Part shown: in pieces, positions 25,373-33,672 of the stretch | Layout: each line of letters starts with the position of its first letter | How positions within the stretch are numbered: position 1 is the stretch's first letter | NCBI GenBank assembly: GCA_964485195.1 | Contig: CAZAIK010000004.1 | Coordinates: 1 to 33,672 of the forward strand | From: an uncultured Methanosarcinales archaeon | GTDB taxonomy: Archaea > Nanobdellota > Nanobdellia > Woesearchaeales > CAIVOO01 | Length of the DNA stretch: 33,672 nucleotides | Direction: 5' to 3' | Notes under the pieces: model-generated | The model's input: the letters and a program-made list of their open reading frames with translations, nothing else | Databases searched by the model: none | What the model was told of the DNA's origin: nothing | Program-made: the position numbers and the translations under genes

Positions 25373-26194
25373 ATGAAAAGGAAAATAATAGAGATAGAGG
25401 ATGAGAAGTGCAACGGATGCGGGGTTTGCATTCCCAACTGCCCAGAAGGGGCTATCCAGATTATTGACGGCAAGGCAAGGCTGGTAAGCGACCTGTATTG
25501 CGACGGGCTGGGAGCCTGCATAGGCCACTGCCCCACAGATGCAATAAGAATTATTGAAAGGGAGGCAGAGCCGTATGATGAAAAAAAGGTCATGGAAAGG
25601 ATAGTTAGGCAGGGCAGGAACGTCATAAAGGCGCACCTTGAGCATCTTAAGGAGCATAATGAGGGGGAGTTCCTGAAACAGGCAGAGGAATACCTCAGGG
25701 AAAACAACATCAGCAATCCTCTTGAAGTGAAGGCATCCAATAACCGTTCAGCAGCCCTTCAGCAGTTCCACAGCTGTCCCGGCTCGCAAACCCTGGACTT
25801 CAGCAGGAAAAGGAGCGCAAAATCAAATGCACCAAAACAGCAGTCCGAGCTGCGGCAATGGCCTGTCCAGCTGACACTGGTCCCGCCCGACGCGGGATTC
25901 TTCCAAAATTCTGACTTGCTTGTCGCAGCTGACTGCGTTCCATTTGCAAACGCAAACTTTCACCCTGAACTGTTAAAGGGGAAGTCTCTTGTCATAGGAT
26001 GCCCCAAGCTTGATGACATAGAAATGTACAGGGAAAAACTCACAGCAATGCTGAAGCAGAACAGCATAAAGAGTGTTACTGTTGCGATAATGGAAGTGCC
26101 CTGCTGCAACGGGCTTTACCACGCAGTTGATGAAGCGATAAGGGAGTCAGGCAAGAACATTGAACTGGAAAAGGTGATAATTCCTATACAATGA
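25373..26194 (+). CDS. 4Fe-4S dicluster protein with conserved Cys-rich C-terminal domain
   Basis: CNGCGVCIPNCPEG and CDGLGACIGHCP, plus LRQWPVQL, AADC, IGCPKLDD and MEVPCC. Confidence 0.9.
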   Translation: MKRKIIEIEDEKCNGCGVCIPNCPEGAIQIIDGKARLVSDLYCDGLGACIGHCPTDAIRIIEREAEPYDEKKVMERIVRQGRNVIKAHLEHLKEHNEGEFLKQAEEYLRENNISNPLEVKASNNRSAALQQFHSCPGSQTLDFSRKRSAKSNAPKQQSELRQWPVQLTLVPPDAGFFQNSDLLVAADCVPFANANFHPELLKGKSLVIGCPKLDDIEMYREKLTAMLKQNSIKSVTVAIMEVPCCNGLYHAVDEAIRESGKNIELEKVIIPIQ

Positions 26195-26197
26195 TTG

Positions 26198-26452
26198 TCA
26201 GCCAAGAAAGGGGTTGCCGAAAATAAGAAATGCCAGGATGGTGTGAGCAATTACTGATGCGAAGAAGAACCACCAGAACCAGCAGTGTTTGTAATAGTAT
26301 CTCCTGTACCACTTGTGCCTGAACATCCTGTTAATGAAGTTTATCCCTGCCAGGCATCTGCAGGAAAAAAACACCAGCAATAGCAGGACTATGTTTGTTA
26401 TCCCCAGCAGGAATACAAGCTTCACTCCAAGTTCGGGATTTATCAGCACCAT
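26198..26452 (-). CDS. Small two-helix membrane protein
   Basis: Two hydrophobic segments, FFSCRC and two His. Begins 1 nt after the FTR stop. Confidence 0.65.
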   Translation of the reverse strand: MVLINPELGVKLVFLLGITNIVLLLLVFFSCRCLAGINFINRMFRHKWYRRYYYKHCWFWWFFFASVIAHTILAFLIFGNPFLG

Positions 26453-26453
26453 T

Positions 26454-26735
26454 TTACGCCTTTACAAAGAGGGAGCACCAGCATTCTCCCTTCTCCTTCC
26501 AGGTTTTTTGCATCTTGAAATTGCAGGGGCAGATTAATTTCAAGTCCTCCTCCCTGTTGCCGGTGGTCATCCTGCAGGGGCAGAATTTCAGGCCGTGGTT
26601 TTTCTCATTCTCAAGAACGCCCCTTGCCAGCCTTTCCACCTCTTTTTCGTCAGGGTTTAGCCTGAAATCATTTGGTTCCTGCCTGTCCACGAAATCCTGC
26701 CAGATTTTAATCAGCTTTTCTATTTTGTTGCCCAT
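26454..26735 (-). CDS. Ferredoxin:thioredoxin reductase catalytic subunit-like
   Basis: FCPCR…ICPC…ECWCSLF motif triad. Confidence 0.9.
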   Translation of the reverse strand: MGNKIEKLIKIWQDFVDRQEPNDFRLNPDEKEVERLARGVLENEKNHGLKFCPCRMTTGNREEDLKLICPCNFKMQKTWKEKGECWCSLFVKA

Positions 26736-26995
26736 TTTTTCAGCTCCTCATATGGCATCTCCCCGCAGTTTGCCCTGTTGTTTTCCTCATCCACATATGC
26801 AGGAACTCCGAATTCCCCTCCGCAGGCTTTCTTGATTTTTTCAGTGAACTTCCTCATCTTCTTTGCGTTTTTCTCATCACGCCACACTTCCAGCTTTTCA
26901 ACTTCAATGCCTTCCTCCTTAAGTTTGTCAACCAAAGGCTGCATCTTGTGGCAATGGGGGCATTCCTTTCCGTAAAAGAATATTATCTTTTTCAT
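26720..26995 (-). CDS. Thioredoxin/glutaredoxin-like protein
   Basis: FFYGKECPHC and GVP cis-Pro. GGAGGTG SD before ATG 26995. Confidence 0.9.
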   Translation of the reverse strand: MKKIIFFYGKECPHCHKMQPLVDKLKEEGIEVEKLEVWRDEKNAKKMRKFTEKIKKACGGEFGVPAYVDEENNRANCGEMPYEELKKWATK

Positions 26996-27249
26996 AATCC
27001 CAACACCTCCCTGATTTCTTTCTCTTTGATTTCGCAGTAAGCGTGAAGTGTTGAGCAGGTAGGGCACTGCTCCGGAGGCTCCCTGCCTATATGAATGTCA
27101 TTGCACACATAGCATCTCCATATTCTCTTGTCGCCAAGGTCAGAAAGTGTTTTCTCAACATCCTCATTTCCAGCATTGTCATAATCTTCAGGAGCATTGA
27201 CTCCCCAGTGTATGTCCCCATCCTTGTTTTTGAATAAAGCTTTTGGCAT
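26992..27249 (-). CDS. Rubredoxin-like domain protein
   Basis: WRCYVCNDIH…PPEQCPTC. Confidence 0.85.
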   Translation of the reverse strand: MPKALFKNKDGDIHWGVNAPEDYDNAGNEDVEKTLSDLGDKRIWRCYVCNDIHIGREPPEQCPTCSTLHAYCEIKEKEIREVLGL

Positions 27250-27353
27250 TTCCTGTCCTAATTCATTGTTTTTTATAAACCTTGTTATGTTACATTCATA
27301 TAGTGGTAAAAATGAAAATATTTATAAATAACTAATAATTCTTAATAGTGAAA

Positions 27354-27488
27354 ATGAAGCGCATAATCAGCGTCTCTTTGGAAAAGGAAACAATAGCCAG
27401 GATAAGCGAGATTCTAAAGAAAGGCAAGTTCAGGAACAAGAGCCACATTGTGGAGGAAGCAGTGAGGAGAATGCAGGATGACGAGTGA
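27354..27488 (+). CDS. 44-aa ribbon-helix-helix protein (not in ORF track)
   Basis: MKRIISVSLEKETIARISEILKKGKFRNKSHIVEEAVRRMQDDE. TATA TTTATAAA near 27320. Overlaps the kinase start. Confidence 0.8.
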   Translation: MKRIISVSLEKETIARISEILKKGKFRNKSHIVEEAVRRMQDDE

Positions 27489-29742
27489 GAAAAAGAAACA
27501 CAAAAAAAGAGAGATAGTAGAACCAAGTTCAACTGTGATGGGAATTCATACGAATACTCCTGTTAATGTTTGGCAGTTAGATTATGAGTCTCCTCCTGAG
27601 GAGGTGATAAGACAGAAACATTGTTATGTTAAAAATATGCGATTCTTATCAGGAGAAGTCGGAAAGATTATTAAACTTATGACACAAGATGCCATTGGAA
27701 TCTCAGTTCCGCATGAAATCTCTTTTTTTAATTTTACTCACTATACTTATGAATTTTTAAGCCTTTTTTCTGAAGACCTGCACTCAGAAATAATTTTTCT
27801 GCAACAGGCTATTCAAAAATTCAATAATAGGAAAGTAGATTCTCTAAGACTGAATGAAAAATCACATGGTATTACCTCGGAAGGTTTAGAAGAAGACAGA
27901 AAAAGCAGACTAGAAGGTCTGGATGATATGATTAGTACGCTTGTGGCTTATAATAACAGAGGGGTTAAAAACTTGGTTGAAAGCGATGATATGGTACATT
28001 TAGTACAACTAGCACAAGAATTGCCTTTTTCTTTTTCGAGACTTATGGGATTTGATTTCATAAGATACTCAGGAGATAGAAATTATAATGCTGAAAGATT
28101 TAGTTTCTTGAAGGAAGCAAGAGATCTTGAATTACTATTGGAAAGTAAAAGGAGCATACTTATGGGGAGATGGGGGGCTTATATCTTAGGTCCTGGCTCT
28201 GAAGATGTTTTTGCTGATCAGTTAGAAGAAACACATTTTTCAAGAATTAGTTCTTGGGAGGATTTTATTAAAAAAGTACCGAGGGAGAAATTAGAAAAAT
28301 ATTTATCTTTTCCTTTAACCTATGATGACCTTGTTTTAGGCACGCCTGAGACTGGCTATTATAAACAGCTCAGCAGCGCTACTAAAAAATTCGGTGCGTT
28401 ACTTAATGTTTACCAAGCAGTGAATGATATCATTATTAATTATCAAGAAAGTATTAACATTGAGAATGGCAAAGTTAATTTTGACTTCAAAAGATTAAAG
28501 AAATTTGATGAGATACGTTCAAAAATTGAAAATCTCAAATTAAAGACAGCGCAACTTCCCCATTATAGTTTGACAAAGCACATTGGTTCGGGAGGAGCAG
28601 GAGACGTTTATCACGCTGTTGATGATTTTTCAGGGACCGATGTCAAGATCAAGGTTTTCAGGGAGGACATGAAGACTTCCATGCGGGAGGCCCGTGAGAA
28701 GGAGGGCAGGTCTGTTGACAATGTTGTCAGGGGGATGATGACCAAGATGAGGAGCAGGATAAGTGATTTCACGAACATAGGCCAGGTTTATCACGGAGGT
28801 TCAACTGAGGATGGCAGGATATTCATTGTGGGTGAATATGTTGATGGCGGAGCTGTGGAAGAAGAAGTTGATGGCGAGTATCGGATAAGGGATGATATTT
28901 CTGGTAAAGCTGTTTTTGACATTTTTGACAAGATGCTCCAGGGTATGCAAGTTTTACACGATGCCGGGATGTTGTGGAAGGATGTCAAGTTAAGGAATTT
29001 GCTTGTTTCAAAAGATCATTCAAAAGTCAAGATTGATGACCTGGAGATGCTTTCAGGGCTTGATGAGATGGTGCAGGAGCCGAGATATTCAAAGGCCTCT
29101 GACAGGTATGCAGCGCCGGAGGTGATGCAGGATCCCACGCAGGCAAGCGTGGCATCGGAGATTTATTCTGCGGGGGTCTGCCTGTTGACTATGCTTACAA
29201 GGAAGTCTGGGATAATGGACGGAGTTAATACTTTACCGCGTGAAAAATATGCTCTTGAGCTGGTTAATATTTTACGAGACCACGAATTTGGTATTGCAAA
29301 TATACCTCCATTTAGTGTTATTCAGGATTTGGAGATAAAAAGTTGCATATTTGAAAGTTTGGCTTATGACCCAGTAGATAGGCCCGGGGTTACAAAAGAA
29401 TTAAGACAGAACATAAAAAATCTAAATAATGAGAGGTATTACAGGGAGGGAATACCCCTGATTGATCGTGAGTTTTATGAACAGGTTTATATGAAAAAAG
29501 AAGAAAGAATAGATTTAAATCAAGCACTCATCCGCGATAAGACTTCAAAATTACTTCTTGATATTGCCAATATGAATAAAACTATTCCCATCGATACTGA
29601 CAGTTCCAAGATTATGAAAGAGGCGTTTTCCATCATTGTAGAGGAGACCAGGACAAAAATAAAAAATCTTGATTACTGGAAATCTGAAGAATTCCTTTGT
29701 CTGCCTGAGAAAGCGCCCGAGTGGGGCTGTCCAGCTGTATGA
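27478..29742 (+). CDS. Atypical Hanks-type Ser/Thr protein kinase with long N- and C-terminal extensions
   Basis: IGSGGAGDVY, VKIK, WKDVKLRN, KIDDLE, YAAPE and SEIYSAG. Confidence 0.85.
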   Translation: MTSEKKKHKKREIVEPSSTVMGIHTNTPVNVWQLDYESPPEEVIRQKHCYVKNMRFLSGEVGKIIKLMTQDAIGISVPHEISFFNFTHYTYEFLSLFSEDLHSEIIFLQQAIQKFNNRKVDSLRLNEKSHGITSEGLEEDRKSRLEGLDDMISTLVAYNNRGVKNLVESDDMVHLVQLAQELPFSFSRLMGFDFIRYSGDRNYNAERFSFLKEARDLELLLESKRSILMGRWGAYILGPGSEDVFADQLEETHFSRISSWEDFIKKVPREKLEKYLSFPLTYDDLVLGTPETGYYKQLSSATKKFGALLNVYQAVNDIIINYQESINIENGKVNFDFKRLKKFDEIRSKIENLKLKTAQLPHYSLTKHIGSGGAGDVYHAVDDFSGTDVKIKVFREDMKTSMREAREKEGRSVDNVVRGMMTKMRSRISDFTNIGQVYHGGSTEDGRIFIVGEYVDGGAVEEEVDGEYRIRDDISGKAVFDIFDKMLQGMQVLHDAGMLWKDVKLRNLLVSKDHSKVKIDDLEMLSGLDEMVQEPRYSKASDRYAAPEVMQDPTQASVASEIYSAGVCLLTMLTRKSGIMDGVNTLPREKYALELVNILRDHEFGIANIPPFSVIQDLEIKSCIFESLAYDPVDRPGVTKELRQNIKNLNNERYYREGIPLIDREFYEQVYMKKEERIDLNQALIRDKTSKLLLDIANMNKTIPIDTDSSKIMKEAFSIIVEETRTKIKNLDYWKSEEFLCLPEKAPEWGCPAV

Positions 29743-30657
29743 TCAATAAAACAACTCTTCATTTATATGATGCGAGATTTCTATGATTCCTGAAAGCTGG
29801 GCGGCGATGAATGAATCTATCTTGTTGCCCTCTAAAAGGGAGGCATCGTGAAAGACATCTTTCCTTATCCTTTTGTGTTCTTTGAACATTTCCAGCTCGT
29901 CCATTGCTGTTTTTCCCTTCATCATCCGCGTGAATATCTTGAAGTTTATTTCCTGGACTTTTATGGCTTTTTCAAACAGCTCTTTTGTTTCTTTTCTTAA
30001 TTTTATCTTTTGACCCGTCACGGTCTGGATTATGTGCCTTATGTTGTCTGCAATCTCTTCAAGATGCCCCACAATTGAATAAAGCGTGGCAGGCGAATGG
30101 ACTGTTCCGGGTATTGTTGTGGTCTGTAAAGCCCTCCTGCAAAAAAGAGAAAGGCGGTTGGTGTTGAACTCATATTCTAAAAGGCTTTTAAGTTCTTTAT
30201 CCTCTTTTTTCAGCCTCTCAAAGGTTTCTCTTGAAAAACTTATTGCGCTTGTGAAAAGTCTTGATATAAGAATCTCAAAATTCTGCTCTAGTTTTGTTGA
30301 AATATTCATTAATCTGCAAGAATTTTCCTTGTTCTCAACAATCTCAAACCCCATTAACAATTTTGACTCTTTTAATATCCTGTCATAAACTTCTTTATCC
30401 TTAAATCGCACATTAATGATGTCATATCCTTTAACATAGGGGGAACATAAAAAACGGGTAAGAAAATCTTTCAGTTTTGGAAGCTCAATAGTTACTTCTT
30501 TCTTGGGCAGGTTAAGCGATCCCGCCAGGATTATCTTTTCACCTTCTTCCTCTACCTCAACTTCATCCCCTGCCTTTATGCCGTATTTCTTGGCCCATTT
30601 GGAGGGCAGGCTTACCATGAGCGTGCTGGGCCCTATCTTGTTGACTTTCCTTTTCAT
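29743..30657 (-). CDS. AbrB/MazE-domain, PhoU-like transcriptional regulator
   Basis: RKVNKIGPSTLMVSLPSKWAKKYGIKAGDEV, then YVKGYD and LEEIAD. Confidence 0.85.
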   Translation of the reverse strand: MKRKVNKIGPSTLMVSLPSKWAKKYGIKAGDEVEVEEEGEKIILAGSLNLPKKEVTIELPKLKDFLTRFLCSPYVKGYDIINVRFKDKEVYDRILKESKLLMGFEIVENKENSCRLMNISTKLEQNFEILISRLFTSAISFSRETFERLKKEDKELKSLLEYEFNTNRLSLFCRRALQTTTIPGTVHSPATLYSIVGHLEEIADNIRHIIQTVTGQKIKLRKETKELFEKAIKVQEINFKIFTRMMKGKTAMDELEMFKEHKRIRKDVFHDASLLEGNKIDSFIAAQLSGIIEISHHINEELFY

Positions 30658-30810
30658 TTGCCTTTAAACCGCAATATTTGCAGAAATCACAAATTATATT
30701 TAAATTTATCGGAAATATTATAATATTATAATCAGTTATTATAATATAATCAAAATGTTTAAATAAAATCTGCTCCCATTTACAGACATCTTACAGAACA
30801 CCCGGAAAAA

Positions 30811-31284
30811 ATGCCAAGCAAAAAAGACATACAAATCATAACCCACCTGCGCCAGAACGCAAGGATGCCCCTGACTGTTATGAGCAAGAAAACCAGGATT
30901 CCGGTTTCCACCATCTTTGACAGGCTGAAGGACAATGAAAAAGGATTGATAACAAGGCACACCTGCCTGCTGGATTTTGAGAAGTTGGGTTATGGCGTGA
31001 AGGCCAACATAGCTTTCAAGGTGGACAGGGAGGACAAGGATTCATTGAAGGAATTCCTGGTAAAAAATCACCTGATAAACTCTGTCTATAAAATCAACAA
31101 TGGATTTGATTTTATGATAGAAGCAGTGTTCAGGCAAATCAAGGATATGGATGACTTCATGGAAAACATAGACTCAAAATTCAGGATTCAGGACAAGAAA
31201 TCATTCTTCATAATTGAGGAATTAAAGAAGGAGGAATTTATGAGCGACCCTATATTGACACAGGAGGTATTGCAGAATGAATGA
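30811..31284 (+). CDS. Lrp/AsnC-family regulator
   Basis: LRQNARMPLT…IPVSTIFDRL, LDFEKLGY and NGFDF. Confidence 0.92.
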   Translation: MPSKKDIQIITHLRQNARMPLTVMSKKTRIPVSTIFDRLKDNEKGLITRHTCLLDFEKLGYGVKANIAFKVDREDKDSLKEFLVKNHLINSVYKINNGFDFMIEAVFRQIKDMDDFMENIDSKFRIQDKKSFFIIEELKKEEFMSDPILTQEVLQNE

Positions 31285-31552
31285 CAACGCGTTTGAAAAA
31301 GTCAGAAAAATACTAAGGGGGGAAATAGAAAAAAACCTGGAGCAAGGGCTTGAATGTGAAGAAGTTGTTGAAGATTGTGGCATGAGGATATGCGGAAATC
31401 CTTCATTGGCAGATAAATTCTGCCCCTATTTCAGCACTAAGAATTTCAGAACAATGAAAAAAGCCTCATCTTCAGACATCCTTTTTTGGGATGACTACAT
31501 TGAAATAAAGCTTCAGACAAATTACTGCAATTACAAACCAAAATCAGGCTAG
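31277..31552 (+). CDS. Hypothetical Cys-containing protein
   Basis: GGAGGT SD, overlaps the Lrp stop, five Cys. Confidence 0.55.
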   Translation: MNDNAFEKVRKILRGEIEKNLEQGLECEEVVEDCGMRICGNPSLADKFCPYFSTKNFRTMKKASSSDILFWDDYIEIKLQTNYCNYKPKSG

Positions 31553-32205
31553 GATTCAAGGGCTTTTTGAATATGCTCCAGCTGGTCAGTAAAAATATGG
31601 GCTGACACTGATAAAGTGGCAATCTCCCCTATTTTGCATCCCACCCTTTTGGCAACATACTCCTGTATGGTCCTGATCTGGTAGATGTTTGCTGGCCATC
31701 CGAAGAACATGTCGTTGCTTCTGATAATGCCTGTGACATTCAGTTTATTGTCCCTTAATTTGAAGTCAAGCGATATCAGCCCGGGCGCGTCAGGATTAAG
31801 ATTGTTTGAATCTTCCACGGGGTCCCAAAGGCATATTATTGCTTTTCTTGAGGAGGGCTTTGCCTGCAGTGTAGGTATTATGAAATCATTAACCTGGTTT
31901 ATTTTCTTCTGGAAATTGAAAATCCTGGGGCCGTAGCTGTATGCGTAATCAGGAGAGGGGTTTATGGCCAGCATAACATTCCTTATCTCCTTCAGGGGAG
32001 GATATTTCCACTCTTCAAAGCTGTTCAGAATGCTTATGGGCCTGTCCAGGTCCTGGGCATCTGCAGTCAAAACTATCTGGATGTTATTGGCTTCCCTGCA
32101 GACCCTGTTGTCCTCATCCAAAAACTCATTTCCATATTCCATTACTGTTTTCAAAGCTTCTCTCCAGCACTCAAGGGCGGAGCTGCATTTTATTGTTTTT
32201 CTCAT
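31549..32205 (-). CDS. Thymidylate synthase-fold protein lacking the catalytic Cys
   Basis: YSYGPRI, SSRKAI…WDP, RSNDMFFGWPAN and SAHIF are present. APGL replaces the canonical PC motif. Confidence 0.85.
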   Translation of the reverse strand: MRKTIKCSSALECWREALKTVMEYGNEFLDEDNRVCREANNIQIVLTADAQDLDRPISILNSFEEWKYPPLKEIRNVMLAINPSPDYAYSYGPRIFNFQKKINQVNDFIIPTLQAKPSSRKAIICLWDPVEDSNNLNPDAPGLISLDFKLRDNKLNVTGIIRSNDMFFGWPANIYQIRTIQEYVAKRVGCKIGEIATLSVSAHIFTDQLEHIQKALES

Positions 32206-32206
32206 T

Positions 32207-33670
32207 TTAATCTATGAATTTTGTCAGGCTTTTGTGAACGTCCTGCGCTGCCCTGAAATCATACCTGAAAAAGGGCAGCCTGAAGGTGTTGAGCACGAAA
32301 AGTATCTCCCTGATTACCTCGTCAGGGCTCGCCTTTCCCTTTCTGTAAAATGTAATCAAATCGCCTCCGTCAAATATCTCAAACAGCCTTTCCTTCTCGC
32401 TTACCAGCTTCTTGACCTTTTCGTCGTAAAAATCCTTTATGTCCTTTATGTAAAATCTTTCGTAAACCGGCTGCGTAAAGTCAGATTCAACCAGCTCCTC
32501 AAAAACAAATGAAAAAGCCACCCTGAATCTTGTGGGCATTCCGCAGCTTTTGTAAATTGTGTCTTCGTAATTGCAGAAGGTGTCTATCATCTCTTTTGAA
32601 TTCTTCATGAGGTTAATCATTATTTCAGGATCCACATTCTTGTTTTTCCAGCCGTAGTTCCAGAATCTCACATAATTCTTGCTGAACCTCAGCAGGTTTT
32701 TCTTTGTGAAATTGTCAAACTTTTCTACGCTCTCAAAATACTTGCTTGACTGGGTTCTTTGCACTGAGTTAGTCTCAAGGAAGGAGTAGGCGATATTTGA
32801 TATGAGATTCCTGAATTTTGAGATTGACTTGCCCTTGCTCTTGAAGAATTTTTCAACGTCAACCATCACCGTTGCCTGCGAAACTATCAGCCCCATCACC
32901 TTTCCTTTGAGCTCTTTCTCATAAAGCTCCCATTCCCTCTCGCTGAAGGTGTAAGGCCCTGCCCTGCCTATGAGGTAGGGCGCTTTCTGGATGTTCTTGT
33001 TCTTGAAATAAAGCCTCTGGACATTCCTTGAAAAAAAGTTTATCAGCTCATAGAAAAGCATGCTTTTTGTCTGGATGTCCTTTGGCTCCACCTCAAAGAC
33101 AAACTGGATGTTTTTTGATTTCAGCCTGCTGTAGCTGTGCATAATCTCAGTGAAAACGTCAGCATCCCTTATCCTTGCAATGTCTATTATGCAGCAGATT
33201 TTCTTGCCGTAATCAGAGCATTTCAGGTTCATCCTTTTCATAAACAATTCCAGCTGCTCCACGGAGTAGTCCTCAAAAAATGATTCAAATGAGTCAAAGG
33301 CTATGACATCATTGATTATTGAGAATGAATTCGTGACAAGGCTTTCCAGCTCCCTCAGTGTTTCAATTAAGTCGCACTCAATGATTATGGAATTAAGCCT
33401 TTCTATCCAGGTGGAGGTCTCCAGCCTTTTGATTATCCCTTCCTGTTCAAATCCCTCAATGGGAATGGAAGGGGCAGTGGGCCTTTGTATGGTGATTGAC
33501 CTTCTTCCGTATTTGTCCAGGATAAGCTCCTCACCTTCCTGCAGTGCCAGCTCAAAGAATTTTTCTCCTTTTGCTGTTTTCCTGGTTTCTTTCAGGACAT
33601 TGTTTTTGACTAATTTGCTCAGGTAATACAGGGTTTTGCGGTGCAGTTGGGCCTTTTTGAGCCTGAAACC
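32207..33670 (-). CDS. Large hypothetical protein with probable N-terminal winged-helix, 5'-truncated by the window edge
   Basis: The frame stays open from 33262 to the window end (at least 487 aa). HRKTLYYLSKLVKNNVL…KGEKFFEL resembles a wHTH recognition helix and wing. Confidence 0.7.
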   Translation of the reverse strand, partial: GFRLKKAQLHRKTLYYLSKLVKNNVLKETRKTAKGEKFFELALQEGEELILDKYGRRSITIQRPTAPSIPIEGFEQEGIIKRLETSTWIERLNSIIIECDLIETLRELESLVTNSFSIINDVIAFDSFESFFEDYSVEQLELFMKRMNLKCSDYGKKICCIIDIARIRDADVFTEIMHSYSRLKSKNIQFVFEVEPKDIQTKSMLFYELINFFSRNVQRLYFKNKNIQKAPYLIGRAGPYTFSEREWELYEKELKGKVMGLIVSQATVMVDVEKFFKSKGKSISKFRNLISNIAYSFLETNSVQRTQSSKYFESVEKFDNFTKKNLLRFSKNYVRFWNYGWKNKNVDPEIMINLMKNSKEMIDTFCNYEDTIYKSCGMPTRFRVAFSFVFEELVESDFTQPVYERFYIKDIKDFYDEKVKKLVSEKERLFEIFDGGDLITFYRKGKASPDEVIREILFVLNTFRLPFFRYDFRAAQDVHKSLTKFID

Positions 33671-33672
33671 CC

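Noticed and set aside
25276..25404. 42-aa ORF MKLGKLARDCRTRSRKRIVDEKLISKIKEF…
   Set aside because: No SD or motif. May be a gene remnant but is unsupported.
33303..33626. 107-aa plus ORF
   Set aside because: Antisense to the open minus frame that extends 32207-33262 to the window edge.
1..33672. CRISPR array, DGR, IS element, rRNA or tRNA-derived att duplication
   Set aside because: By eye I found no regularly spaced repeats, RT, transposase or integrase motifs, TR/VR pair, or second copy of either tRNA 3' end. A self-dotplot would be the decisive check.

Overview
Chromosomal window from an archaeon, inferred to be a DPANN/Woesearchaeota-like MAG. The inference rests on archaeal information genes, TATA/BRE promoters, BHB tRNA introns, tight gene packing and many orphan ORFs. 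There is one 100-N scaffold gap. Core content: cbf5, the rnp2-psmA-SBDS-rrp4-rrp41-rrp42-rpoK superoperon, a MiaB/MtaB-like methylthiotransferase, csaA, tRNA-Pro(TGG) with one intron and tRNA-Glu(TTC) with three introns. A redox-themed block (about 18.9-27.3 kb) holds a tal-zwf-CuA cupredoxin-gnd-tspO operon, an HxlR regulator divergent from a tetraether-synthase (Tes/GDGT-MAS)-like radical SAM gene, an Fe-S protein and a rubredoxin-thioredoxin-FTR operon. The most unusual signals are mostly absent from the ORF track: a synonymously diverged duplicate of the DUF357 C-terminus flanked by direct and inverted repeats (att-like scar), a 40-aa 8-Cys metallothionein-like microprotein, a 43-aa hyperacidic microprotein beside an H1-like-tailed protein, a thymidylate synthase homolog lacking its catalytic Cys next to a large wHTH protein, a compositionally mosaic atypical kinase behind a tiny RHH gene, and two split or frameshifted genes. 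No CRISPR, rRNA, integrase, transposase or reverse transcriptase was seen. All family calls come from motif recognition by eye, not database searches.
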